Below, piece by piece: positions 22,101 to 33,318 of a DNA stretch of 64,000 nucleotides. Source of the stretch: Diplonema japonicum (taxonomy: Eukaryota > Protista > Euglenozoa: Diplonemea); NCBI GenBank assembly GCA_964019335.1, contig OZ025658.1, positions 124,001 to 188,000 of the forward strand, written 5' to 3'. The notes under the pieces are model-generated. The model made no database searches, was not told the origin of the DNA, and saw nothing but the letters and a program-made list of their open reading frames with translations. The position numbers were made by a program, and so were the translations under genes. The stretch's first letter is position 1. Each line of letters starts with the position of its first letter.

Positions 22101-23547
22101 CTTCGTACCCAGGTATCACACTCCCGTAGCCGCTGAAATAAAGGAACAGAACATCGCCAGGCGTTGCGTCCTTAGCGAGCCACTTGAGGGAGGTGATGAT
22201 GTTGGCCCTCGTGGGGAACAGGTGCGCGGCCTGTGTGTCGTCGGTGAGTGCCTGCATCCTGGCGTTGAAGCCCAGGTCCATGAGCAAGCTCTGCATTTTC
22301 CTAACATTATCAGTGCTGCAGGCCAGCTCAGCACCGTACGACACACCTACAAGCAGGGCTTTCGACGCCCCAAGCACTTCGTCGTCTACGGCACTCGTAT
22401 CGCGGGGGACGGGCACGGGCTTCACAGGTGTGTGTCTTTGCTGTGACCGTCTGGCGGGCTTTTCTGAGAGCTGCTTTTCAAGTTGTTCGAGCCGTCTTGC
22501 CAGCTCCTGTTCCTTTCTGGTGGGAGGGGTGGAGGGTGCGGGCGTGCTTTCTTCGGGAACGGCGGCCAGCACAAAGGGCTCGTTCATCTCGAAGGCTCTC
22601 GACGACGACAGGCGGGGGATGGGCGCGTTGGCACCGTGCTGCTGCTTCATCACGGCTAGCATGTCCGTGATGAGGTGTCTGTAGGAAAGGTTCGGGTTGG
22701 CGTTGCAGGCGGCGATGAACGAAGTGGTGAGCGCATTGACACGCCCCTCACTGCCGTGGCTCAGCAGGACGATCTGCGCAGGGATGGGGTGCTGAGGCGA
22801 CTCCGTCAGCGTGAAACCAGCGTCGGAAGCAAGTAGCTTGTAAGGTAGATCCAGAGGGCACGCTCCAGGCTTCACACAATCAAATATACACGTCAGTCGC
22901 ACACCAGCAGGAAGCCCGCCTGCCAAGATGTCGAATAGCTCCTCGGAATAAATAAGTCCTGCGGACTTGTAGTCGACAGGCGCGATGGCTTCACCTTCCT
23001 CAAGGCCTGTGTGGTGCTGGTCTTCGTAATGGACGGACGAGACACCATGGCCGGCGAAGTGCAGGAAAAGAGCGTCGCCGCTGACCGCGCCTCTAACAAG
23101 CCATCGAAGAGAAGAGAGAATATTAGTACGGGTAGGGATGCTGTCTGGGTGGTCCTCGGTGAGAACGCGTCTCTCACGGGGTGTGAACCCGGCACGTGTG
23201 AGGTACTGCTGCATGGAACGTGTCTCGTGCACTGCAGAGGGAAGGCTCATGGCCGCGTCGTCACGGTAGCTGATCCCTATTAGCAACACCTTGCTTGCTC
23301 CCTTCACACCCCGCTCCACAGGCGTTCTAAGTACTGTGCTGTAGTACGGGCTCATAGGGCTAGCTGTCACTGCCGGGGTGAACCGGTGGGGTGAGAGTGT
23401 CCTTTCCTCTCTGGCGGGGCTCATGGTGCCCCTTTGTCCCTTTTGAAACTTTCTAGGAAGCGGTGCACCCCGGACACCCGACGTTGCCCATGCTTGCAGA
23501 TCTATCTCATTCCCCCCTGTGCCATTTCGCTTAGGGGACAGTACCAT
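19132..23547 (-). CDS. Multidomain metacaspase: four tandem peptidase C14 domains + C-terminal PDZ, 2 exons
   Basis: Four repeats of K/R-A-L-L-I/V-G/S-x-S-Y...PT(R/K)xNI...L(R/K)WL...GDxLF/YL. PDZ: PFGMRL...VVASVADSSPAARSGIAPGEIITTIINYP; intron 19240-19284 completes it. Confidence 0.9.
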
Positions 23548-24214
23548 AACACCTTGTTGTGTGGTATGACAAGTGTAAAGATGTAAAGAAATAATTAAGA
23601 AAGAAATAGTAGAAAAGGAAGATTCCAGTGGGTGGGGGGGGGGGGGGGGGGTGAGTTCCTTTTTTCTTCTTTTCCTCATTTCTTTCTTTTTTTTTTCCCT
23701 TTCTTTATTCTATTCAGGGGAGGGGGGGGGGGGGGTTCTGTTTTGCCAATAAAAAGAAATTTGAAAGAGTTTGAAATGTGGTGGAGCACCAGGGGGAGGG
23801 GGAAGAGGAATGGGGGTGAATTCGGAGTAGTAAACAAAAAAAAAGAAAGGAGAGATAGAAAAAAGAAATGGAGGGTACTGGAGGGGGGAGGGGGGGACTT
23901 TTTGTGGTACAAAACAACGGTACCGTTCCAACTTTACGACAGATAAGTTTTTTTTTTTGCCCACGACCCCAGCTTTATTTTCGTATCACAAAACCATAAA
24001 AAAGGACGGTTTTCAGACCGCAAAACAAAGCAAAATGAAAATGGCGTCTAGCCGAGAAGTGCAATTGTCGTCACGAAGAAATGAAGTGGTTCACAGTGCA
24101 TTTTTCTTTCTTTTTTTTTTTCATTCATTTGGAACAAGTTCTTTTTTTAATAAAAATAATGTTTGCCAGTTCTTTTATGACGAGGAATAGGGTGGGGGGG
24201 GGGGGGGGGGAGAG

Positions 24215-24621
24215 AGCGATGTTTAAGGGCAAATCCCACTTGAGGACCGCCCTTAAAATAAAATAAAATAAAATAAAAAATAGAAGGGGAAAAAAAAAAA
24301 AAGAAAAAAGTGAAACAGATATTTCGAAGGTGCCGACTGCACCGGCAAATTTTTGATTTTCTAGATCAAAAAAAAAAAAGTGGGGGAGGGGCTTCTAGGT
24401 ACAGGATGTGTGAAAGTAAAAGATAACGAAAGTAATGTGAGTACACGACGCAACACCCTTTATTGATCCTTTGTTACAACCGCTCTACCCCTCTTCCTTC
24501 CCCTCCCTCACAAGAAATATCGCTTACCAGAGTACCAATCAGCAATACCGTAAAACGGATTAATTACAACTTTTTTTTCAAAAATGCGGAAATTAGTTGT
24601 GGATTGTATTTATGAACACGG

Positions 24622-24678
<57 letters not shown>

Positions 24679-25265
24679 TTTAGAAAGGGGAGAAGGGGGT
24701 CCACCGGTTTTTCATTTGTCAACCACTTGATGGAGTGTATAAAGTGGCACCGTCTACGTAATGTGAAAACTAGGATAAGCAAAAAAAAGGGGGGGTTTAT
24801 TCACTGAAACATGGATGTTTTATATGCAACTTGAGTCGTAGAAAAAAAGGGGGGGTATCACGAGAGACCGGAGGTCTCCAGCGAGCTGTCGTTGTTTCAA
24901 AGAACCATACAAAAGTTCATGGGGGGGGGGGGGGGGGGTGAACAAGAGGTTTTTTTTTTTTACTCTCCTTAGTTTTACATTCAATCATTGCCCATTTAAA
25001 GAAAAAAAGAGAAAAGAAAATGTGGCACTTTGGCGCCTTTGAAATGGGCCCACAGAAGCAATTTGCACCAACTGGAGAAGATATGTTGCAGGTACAAGGC
25101 TACCTGCCAAGACCTGGAAAAAAAAAATGAGCCAAACTAGTTGATGTGCAGGACTTAAAGATCATCCATTAATTGCAAAAAAAAGAAGAAGAAAAAAAAA
25201 TAGCGCTAGTAAGTAAAAAAGTAAAAAAGACTGGGGGACAAAAAAAAAAAAAAAAGGGAATCATG

Positions 25266-25298
<33 letters not shown>

Positions 25299-25317
25299 CA
25301 GAAGTGGAGGGGATGGA

Positions 25318-25366
<49 letters not shown>

Positions 25367-25404
25367 CGATGGGCAAATCCTACTTGAGGACTACCCCTAT
25401 AAAA
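24215..25404 (+). repeat. Two copies of a ~40-nt dispersed repeat (24215-24258 and 25365-25404)
   Basis: agcgat..gggcaaatcc(c/t)acttgaggac(c/t) occurs twice. Confidence 0.7.
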
Positions 25405-25868
25405 AAAGGATAACAAAGGCATGATTCAATAACGCAAAAAGAACGGCCATGTTGTATAAAGACCTCCTTTTGTATTTTTTTTTTAACCTTATTGCTTTTT
25501 CTTGATGAATAATATGGCGTTATATACAGGAAAATATTTTCCAGGGATGAGAAGAGGGAGGAGGGAAGTAAATGTGACAAACACATGGGAGAAAAAAAAA
25601 AGGAAAAAGAAAAGAGAAAAAAATCTCCCCCCCCCACTCTTTTTCTTTCTTTCAGAGTTTGTACGTGCAGGGAATAGAAACCTGGAGAAGTTAAAATTCG
25701 TAACCACATTTCGAAGTACTTTCCTTTTTGTTAGACAAGCTTGTTGGCTTGTTATTATTCTTTTAGGGAGGGAAGGGGGGAGAGAGGGAGGGAGGGGGGT
25801 ATATTCTTTTATAACTTTTTATTTCTATTTTCCCCATTTCTTTTTCCCGAGAGCAAAGATACTATAGC

Positions 25869-25904
<36 letters not shown>

Positions 25905-26397
25905 AAATCCCTGATTTGGGACGTCCTGTTGAAAAAAAAAAAAAAAAAAAAAAAAAAGAGAGAGAGAGTTTAGAAAAAGCAAGAAACCACAGAAATGTAT
26001 TTTTATTTTTCTTTTATTTTTCTTTTTGGTGGGAATTAAAGAAGGAAAAAAAAAAAAGAGACGGGGAAAATCTTTTCTCCCCTCCCCCTTTTTTTCCCCT
26101 ACTATCCCGCCGTTCTTATTTTGTTTTCACTTCTGTGAAAAAACGGTGTTTTTTTTTCCCCCATACTCTTCTTCTTTTTTTTTTTTTTTATTATTCGTCA
26201 AGAAAAAAAAGGTTATGAATTTTTTTCCCCCCCCTTTTTTTTTCTCTTCCTCTCAAGGTTTATCTTTACTTTTCTTTTCTTTTCCATTTGTTTTTTTTCT
26301 TTATTTCCAACAAGAAAGAAAAAGGAATATTACCGCATTGCATGACTCTCATTGAAAATAATATTTAAAAAAAGAGAATAGCAGTGCCAATTTTTTA

Positions 26398-26600
26398 CAT
26401 CGAGATGCAGGAGAACCCTTTGCTTGTCTCCAGCTCTCTTTTTTTCCCCCCACCTGTGCTGCTGTCAATCATCAAGCACCCCCCCCCCCCCCCCCCCCAT
26501 CGAGATGCAGGAGAACCCTTTGCTTGTCTCCAGCTCTCTTTTTTTCCCCCCACCTGTGCTGCTGTCAATCATCAAGCACCCCCCCCCCCCCCCCCCCCCC
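26398..26600 (+). repeat. Near-perfect tandem duplication of a ~100-nt unit ending in poly-C
   Basis: catcgagatgcaggagaaccctttgcttgtctccagctctc...tgctgtcaatcatcaagca(C)n occurs twice. Confidence 0.9.
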
Positions 26601-27870
26601 TCGATTCTACTAAAAAAAAGAGATTCTTTGAAATATTTTCCAAACTGAAAAAAAAAGAAGTGATTTTTTTTTTTTTGAAAATTAACCCCAATTTTCTGGC
26701 ACCCTGTCAGTGCTAAATTTAATTAGAGGAAAACAAAACAATCACATTCGTTGGGGCATTGAAAAAAAAATAAAAGGGAAGGGGGTAATGGGCGGAAACT
26801 TATCTCTTTTTTTCAAAAAAATAATGCTACAGTAGAAAGGTACCACATGGGGGAGAATAAAAACCTTTCTAAAAAAAGAAAAAAAAACTGTTCTTACCTC
26901 TTTTTAATTATTTTTAAAAAAAAGACTGGGGGGGGGGGGGGGGGGACTCAAGCAAAAAGAAATTCATGTTAGAGCCACAGGTACTTTGTGTTTATAAGGG
27001 AATAGCTGTACCTTGCATTCCTCCAGGGCACCCAAGCGGCTCCACCCAGCAGTTTGGAGAGTACGGCTCCCGACCAACCGCAAAATCTTTCACCCCCCCC
27101 CTACTTTTAGTACTTCCTTTCATTGCGTGCAAGAATGGGGAGGGAGAACGGGGGAGGAGGGGAGAAGAAAAGAAGTCTGTAGCAGTTTTGGGGTGGGAAG
27201 GGGTTGAAAACCTTCCGCCAGCGAAAGGGAAGAGAGTACACAGAAAAGAAGAAGAAGAAAAAAACAAATAAGAAAAATACTTTGAAAAAGAAGAAAAAAA
27301 AAACGGGGGGGGGGAAAAAACCCTTACAGGTGTGCATTTGGTAGTGGATCTTTATTTCCCCTTTTTTTTTTGTTTTGGTCGAAAAATGATCCCCTTAACC
27401 CTAGGGACACACGGTAAGGTATAAAGAGAGGTGGGCCCTTCCCAATTCCCCCCTGTCCTCTATTGCTGACTAACTGGCTTTCCAAACATAGGGCAAGATA
27501 GACTCAACACAGGGGGGGAGAAGAGGGATAATGATGATGGGCGCTGGTTTTTTTTTTTTTTTCCCCTTCTTGTCTTCTTTTTTTTTGTGGGGAAAAAAAA
27601 AAAAAAAAATCGACGACGCAAAAGGCTGTCGCCAGGTCAGTCTTGCTCTGAGCATGCACCTTTTTCTTTTTATTTTTGTTGTTTGCTTGAAACATTAACA
27701 AGAGTGGGGCGCGGAAAAATAAACTGCATGTCAGAGCAGCGAGGGGGAAAAAAGGAGGTGGTGGGGGGGAGGAAATTCGATCTTTTAACGTCAACGTTAC
27801 ACAAGTCAACCGGTGCTCAGCACGACAACTACAGTCGCTCCAAGTGCACCATTTAATACATGGAAAATAA

Positions 27871-27907
27871 ACTCGACAAAATTTCAGTGTGCATGGGGTG
27901 CTCACTG
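27871..27907 (+). repeat. Dispersed 37-nt repeat (second copy 34754-34791)
   Basis: actcga(c/t)aaaatttcagtgtgcatgggg(g)tgctcactg at both sites. Confidence 0.8.
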
Positions 27908-28341
27908 CTTTTTTTAAAAAAAATAAAAAACGAGTACCCCCATCCCTCCTTTTTCTATTTCTTTTTTTTCTATTTCTCCTAAAGACAATTTGGCATTTAG
28001 CCCCTTTCAGATGGCATTTAGCCATGTGCGGGTGTGGGGAGGGGAAGAGAGGGAAAAAAAAAAGGGGGGAGGAAAGTTACCCCCCTCTTTTCTTTTTTTT
28101 TTTTATTCTTTCTTTTTTTTATTCGGTGTCCCTCTTTCAACAGGGGGCTTCTCAAAATTCCGGTCGTTCTTCATCTTCTTTTTTTATTTTTATTTTTTTT
28201 TTTTAAATTTTCTTTTTTTTTTATATATATCTGAACAGACGTCTAAGCCTAGGCCCGCATCGAGCGCAGCCACAAGAACATCCGCACCACCCGTTGAATT
28301 GAAGATTTTTATTTTTATTTATTATTTTTTTTTTTCAAAAA

Positions 28342-28375
<34 letters not shown>

Positions 28376-28398
28376 TCCACTCATTCTCCTTTCCCCCT

Positions 28399-29070
28399 TC
28401 ATTTTCCTTCAGACGAATCAGAGGACGAAACATAGCTATTCGTCCTCATGAGCTTGCGGGGGAACGAGGAGTCGAGTTTCAACAAGGCGGAGGCTCCAAG
28501 CTTTGACTTCTGTGCATCTCCACCAGCAAAGAAAGAAAGGTACGCAACTAACGCAGTTAGGAGAGACCCAGGATACAAGATCGCCGGTTCCGTAATAAGA
28601 GTGATAGAGAGAATGGCACACACAAGGCCTATGCTAAATGTGCTTACAAGGAGGAGGTTTTCTACAGATGCGAAGAGAGAGTTTTGCGACGATGACGTAG
28701 AAGTGTCGGTCAAGGCCCATTCTAGGAAAATAGACCCGCAGTCGGCTTTGGTTTTTTTGTCTGTCAGTGGCAACCACCTTCCGCCTTGTGCTGCGTTCAT
28801 GTTATTGAAAACAAGGGCACACACACCCAGGCTCACAGGCCGGCCTTCCTTTGCCTGCCGCATGATCTGCACCCTGACAGTCACACCCTCTTCCAAGTTA
28901 ACCTCTCCTTCAGGTACTATCCACTCGGGCCACCCAACCCCACCCTCGCACATGTCAACGCCCTTGGTCCTCGCGGCTCTCTGCACCCCAAACCGGACCT
29001 TAGCATAGACAAGCCCGTTGCCTTCGCAGAGACCCTTCGACTGCGAAATTTTCAACTTCAAACCGCTCAT
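28399..29070 (-). CDS. C2-domain protein with two C-terminal TM helices
   Basis: LKLKISQSKGL...YAKVRFG...RTK...SLG...WLPL...GSIFLEW C2 pattern, then hydrophobic helices. Confidence 0.65.
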   Translation of the reverse strand: MSGLKLKISQSKGLCEGNGLVYAKVRFGVQRAARTKGVDMCEGGVGWPEWIVPEGEVNLEEGVTVRVQIMRQAKEGRPVSLGVCALVFNNMNAAQGGRWLPLTDKKTKADCGSIFLEWALTDTSTSSSQNSLFASVENLLLVSTFSIGLVCAILSITLITEPAILYPGSLLTALVAYLSFFAGGDAQKSKLGASALLKLDSSFPRKLMRTNSYVSSSDSSEGK

Positions 29071-29256
29071 TATTATTTTTCAGTTTTTTTCTTTTTTTTT
29101 TTTTTTTCCCCGGTTGCTCGCGCTGTTCTTTTTTTTTTCTTTTTTTTTTTTTTTTTCTTTTGTTTCTCCCCACAGAAATAAAAGAAAAAAAAAAAGAAGA
29201 AAAAAAAAAAAGAAGGTAAAACTTGTTGTAAAACAAATTCCCCCTTTTTTTTTTTG

Positions 29257-30261
29257 TCACGGTTTCCAATGTGTGTGCATGTCCGTCCACCTGGGCCGCC
29301 CGGACTCAGCCTCCAGGGTGTCGTGGATCGGGTTTCTGTACCCTGTCTCCGCCCTCCCTCCAACGTTTCCGGGGGCTTGGTGCCCGCTGAAATTGAAGAA
29401 CATCCCGTCCCCACGTGCACGCGCCCGGACAATGATAATCTGCGTCTCGTGAGGGTAGAGCGAGAAAACAGCCTCTGGGAAGGACGTGAACCCACCACGC
29501 GACTTGTAAAAATCACCTTTTTGAAAGAAAGTCACCAAGTGTGAGGTATCACATATGACAACCCCACCGTTGATGAAGTACAGCATTTCCGAAAATTCCG
29601 TTTCGTTGGTAACAGGGTGGTGGGCTGTGTAGTGGGCGTGCGCGCGCCTGAGAAGATACAACTTCTTGTTCTGAGAACGGGAGGCTATGTCAATAGTGGT
29701 CAGCAAGAGGAACTCGTTCCATCTGATACAGCCTTCAATCTGAAGAAACACTAGAACCTTCCTCAGCTTTTCAAACGTCAGCTTCTGGAGTAAAGGCTTG
29801 CCGTGTAGCCGTCGGTGGTTGTTTACCACCCTTCTTGCTGTCTCGAATATGAACAACAAATCGTCGCCTTGCAATTTCAATTCGTAAAAAATATTTACCC
29901 CAACAGGTTCCTTCTCCGCGTGTTTCATGAATATTCTCTTCAGCTCCAGGACCTCTTCCGTGCACTCGATGAACGACTCTGGAGCGACCTGTTGTTTTTG
30001 CTCCCCGGTTTGCTTCCGTTTCTTTTTCTTTCTTTTTTTCTCCAAGTATTTCTTGAGGTGCGGGTCGCACCATGCCTCGTACCCTGGGATTATGGTCTGC
30101 CGCCGCCTTGTTCTGTTCGTGTGCTGGTTCTCCAGCTTCTCCGAATGACTCCCTCCAAGGTTTCTCGTGCACAAGTTAAACCCGTTTTCAAGCATCTCTT
30201 TGTCCACATTTCCCCACTTTCCTTGAGCCGACCATTGTACTAAATCCCGTATTCTGCCCAT
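29257..30261 (-). CDS. Hypothetical protein
   Basis: 334-aa ORF with coding-like composition. No motif recognised. Confidence 0.6.
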   Translation of the reverse strand: MGRIRDLVQWSAQGKWGNVDKEMLENGFNLCTRNLGGSHSEKLENQHTNRTRRRQTIIPGYEAWCDPHLKKYLEKKRKKKKRKQTGEQKQQVAPESFIECTEEVLELKRIFMKHAEKEPVGVNIFYELKLQGDDLLFIFETARRVVNNHRRLHGKPLLQKLTFEKLRKVLVFLQIEGCIRWNEFLLLTTIDIASRSQNKKLYLLRRAHAHYTAHHPVTNETEFSEMLYFINGGVVICDTSHLVTFFQKGDFYKSRGGFTSFPEAVFSLYPHETQIIIVRARARGDGMFFNFSGHQAPGNVGGRAETGYRNPIHDTLEAESGRPRWTDMHTHWKP

Positions 30262-30345
30262 TTTTTTGGGGGGGGTACCCTTTTTTTCCCTTCTTTTTTT
30301 TTAAATACACAAAGAAGGGGGGAACAAAAAAAAACAAAACAAAGA

Positions 30346-30396
<51 letters not shown>

Positions 30397-30716
30397 GAAA
30401 GCGCAGGCGCACACGGGGTAGGGGGCAAAAGGTCGCTTACAAATGTTTTTTTTGGGGGGGGGGCATCCGGATGAGTAGTTTGACTTTTTTACAACCTCTG
30501 GCCAGAATCTCACTCCCGACACCCTAAAAGGGAATAAAAACCGGGGGGGGAATACCGCTTGTTAACCCTGTTGAGACCCCCTATGGTGAAACGAAGGGTG
30601 GGGATAAGACAGAACGTGTTTTTTTGTTGTTGTTGCACCACTCGGACAAGTTAAATAAGAAAAAAAAAAGAAACCCCCCCCCCTTTTTCCTTGAGTGTTC
30701 ATCCCCCCGCCCGCTC

Positions 30717-33193
30717 TCACGCAGTGAACTCAGTCTGTATTTTTTTTTTCTTCTTCTTTTTTCCAATTTCCCCATATCACACACCGTTGTTGGCGCTTTC
30801 CTCCCCGCCCGCTTCTTCGGCTTTCTTTTAGTCGGCTGAGGTAATGGCACATGCTCGGTCCCCAACCCGCCATCAAGACACTCTGAATCAGGACTGCGTC
30901 CCTCTCGCGGTTCGCTTACAAGTGCAGCCTGTACAGGCGTTCCACTCGCGGGTTTAACAAGACCGTCTTCATCCAAAGGTTTTTCAATCGGCGTCCGCGT
31001 CTTTTTCTGCAGCTCGCCCATGAGCGCGGTTTGCATAGGAGACCCCCCATGCGGCACCTTGGCTGGCTTTATAAGACCATCAACGGACTTCTCAACTGGT
31101 GTGCTAGTCTTCTGCACAGGAGGGACTTTTCCAGGCAGAATAAGATCATCAGTCGGTGTTCGTATTTTTTGTTGAAGCTCGCCCATGAGCGCGGTTTGCA
31201 TAGGAGACCCAAGGGGCACCTTGGTTGGCTTTATAAGACCATCAATGGACTTCTCAACTGGTGTGCTAGTCTTCTGCATGGGAGGGACTTTTCCAGGCAG
31301 AATAAGATCATCCGTTGGTGTTCGTATCTTTTGTTGAAGCTCGCCCATGAGCGCAGTTTGCATTGGAGATCCCCTAAGGGGCACTTTGGCTGGTTTTATG
31401 AGACCGTCACCGTTGTTGCGCTGCTCCAGTTCGCTGATGATGGCGGAGTGCATGGGGTTTCCGCCGCCAAGCGGGACCTTTGCAGGCTTGCACACAACGT
31501 CAGCTTCGTACACCTCCTGCGCCTGGCGTTTCACGATTGCCTCCAGTTCTAAACGCTCTTCTTCCCGTCTCTTGCGGTCTTCCTCACGTTGCCGGTTCTG
31601 TTCCATGTACTGCTCCCTTGCTTGGAGTTGCTCTCTGAAGGTGTCGCTTGTGCGGGTGTCGAAGTCGCTACGTGGTGGGAGAAGGGCAGCCTGCTCTTCA
31701 ATGGCCCGCCGCTTTTCATTCTCTTTCTTGACCCTCTCTGCATCGCCATACAAGTCCAACGGTTTGGTGTACGTTGCAAGCCACACCCTGTCCCATGTCA
31801 TCTCGTCAAAGGCAGGCACCTTCACGACCGGCCCGTCGGGTGTCACTGTGGCAACAATACCATCGAACACTGCGGTGTCTTGGTTGGACCCATCCATTGC
31901 TGCTTTCACCCGCATCCCCCTTTTAAGGTCCTGCCTAGGGCACTGCCCGCATACGTCTTCTATTCTGTTGTGTTTGCATTTTTGCATTGTGGCCGGCACC
32001 GGCATCTGCTTGACCTTTGCCTCCATCGGCCCCACGAAGTCCCACCCGAAACCCACGGTCTGTCCCTTCAACGCCACCTTCGGTGCCCCGTTGTACGCGC
32101 GTCCCACTACAATGCCGTCCGACCAGTTCTCACCGTCCACTGAGACTTTCACTGCTTCATTGAGCGCCAGGTCTTCTCGTGAACACCGTCCGCAGAGTTC
32201 CTCAACAAGCTTGTGAGGGCAGCCCAGGTCTGCTTTCGTCACGTGTTTCTTGACACGGTCCCACACGGCTTCCCCAGAGAAGTTGTCCACACGCAACGTT
32301 GGGTACCCGAACTCATGCATCTGCGTGACGACACCCTTGAACCACACATCTGTGTTCCTCTCTGCAGCGCATATCTTGTCGCCTACCTTGAGTTCCAAGC
32401 GGGGACACTTCCCGCACTCCGTCCGCAGGTTGCCATGCCCGCAGTTGTCTATGCTCCCCTCGGGGGTGGTGTACAGCTCTGCTGCAGAGTTCGCTGCAGC
32501 GAGTGCGTCTTCGACCTCAGCACGTACCTCCTTCCGCACCTCGGGGGTGAAGTTGGGGTTCTGTGCACTGCCGTCGGAGATCTTCTCCTGCACCACTGCC
32601 TTGAAGCTCTCGATGCGCTCTGCTTGTTCCTTACCCTCGTCGGTGGTCACGGCGACTGCTTCGAAGGGCCACCACTGCCCGACGATCCCACCGTCGACGA
32701 AGGTGAGCTTCACCGTACGGTCGGCCTTGTCGACAGAGGTGATGGTCGCCTGCTGCCCGATGCGCCCTTGCGCCTCCCGCGACACGGTCCAGCCGTGCTT
32801 CCGGAAGATGTCGTTCACGATATCTGCGGAGGCGACGGTGACCTTCGTGCCAACCTCGAGAGGTGCGGCAAGGGGGATGAGAGAAGTGGGAGCAGCAGTG
32901 GACGGCTGCGATTGCTTGGTATCCCCGCTTCCCTGGACAACAGGTTGCGACATGACACGTATGACGTCAGTGTATATGGGTTTTACCCTGTCCCATACCC
33001 CAGCCCCGAAGGGCTCTGCGTCCACCACCACCCGCCCGTTCTCCACATCCGTCACCACCCCGTCAAACCACGTCACCTGCGACCCTGTCCCGTCATCGGC
33101 CACCTGCACGTTGCTCCCCATCTGGATGTCTCGTCTTTCGCATTCCCCGCACTCCCCGACGTACCGGCGGTGCACGCAACATGTTTGGCTCAT
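30717..33193 (-). CDS. Repeat protein: 4x (CxH-x6-CxxC + SH3/Tudor-like barrel), MIB-type SH3-like repeat, coiled coil, WH2-like repeats
   Basis: Four internal repeats ending W-D-R/F-V; repeated MQTALMGELQQK. A likely terminal intron near 30734-30784 gives ...TTTEFTA*. Confidence 0.75.
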
Positions 33194-33318
33194 GGCCCCT
33201 GCGCCCTGTGCTGTATGGCGGGTTAGGAAAACCAAACGACTTAGAAAAAAAAATACTGTTAAAAAATGTTAATGGGGGGGGGAGGGGGAAAGGAAAAGTT
33301 TCCCTCATTTTCATTTCT

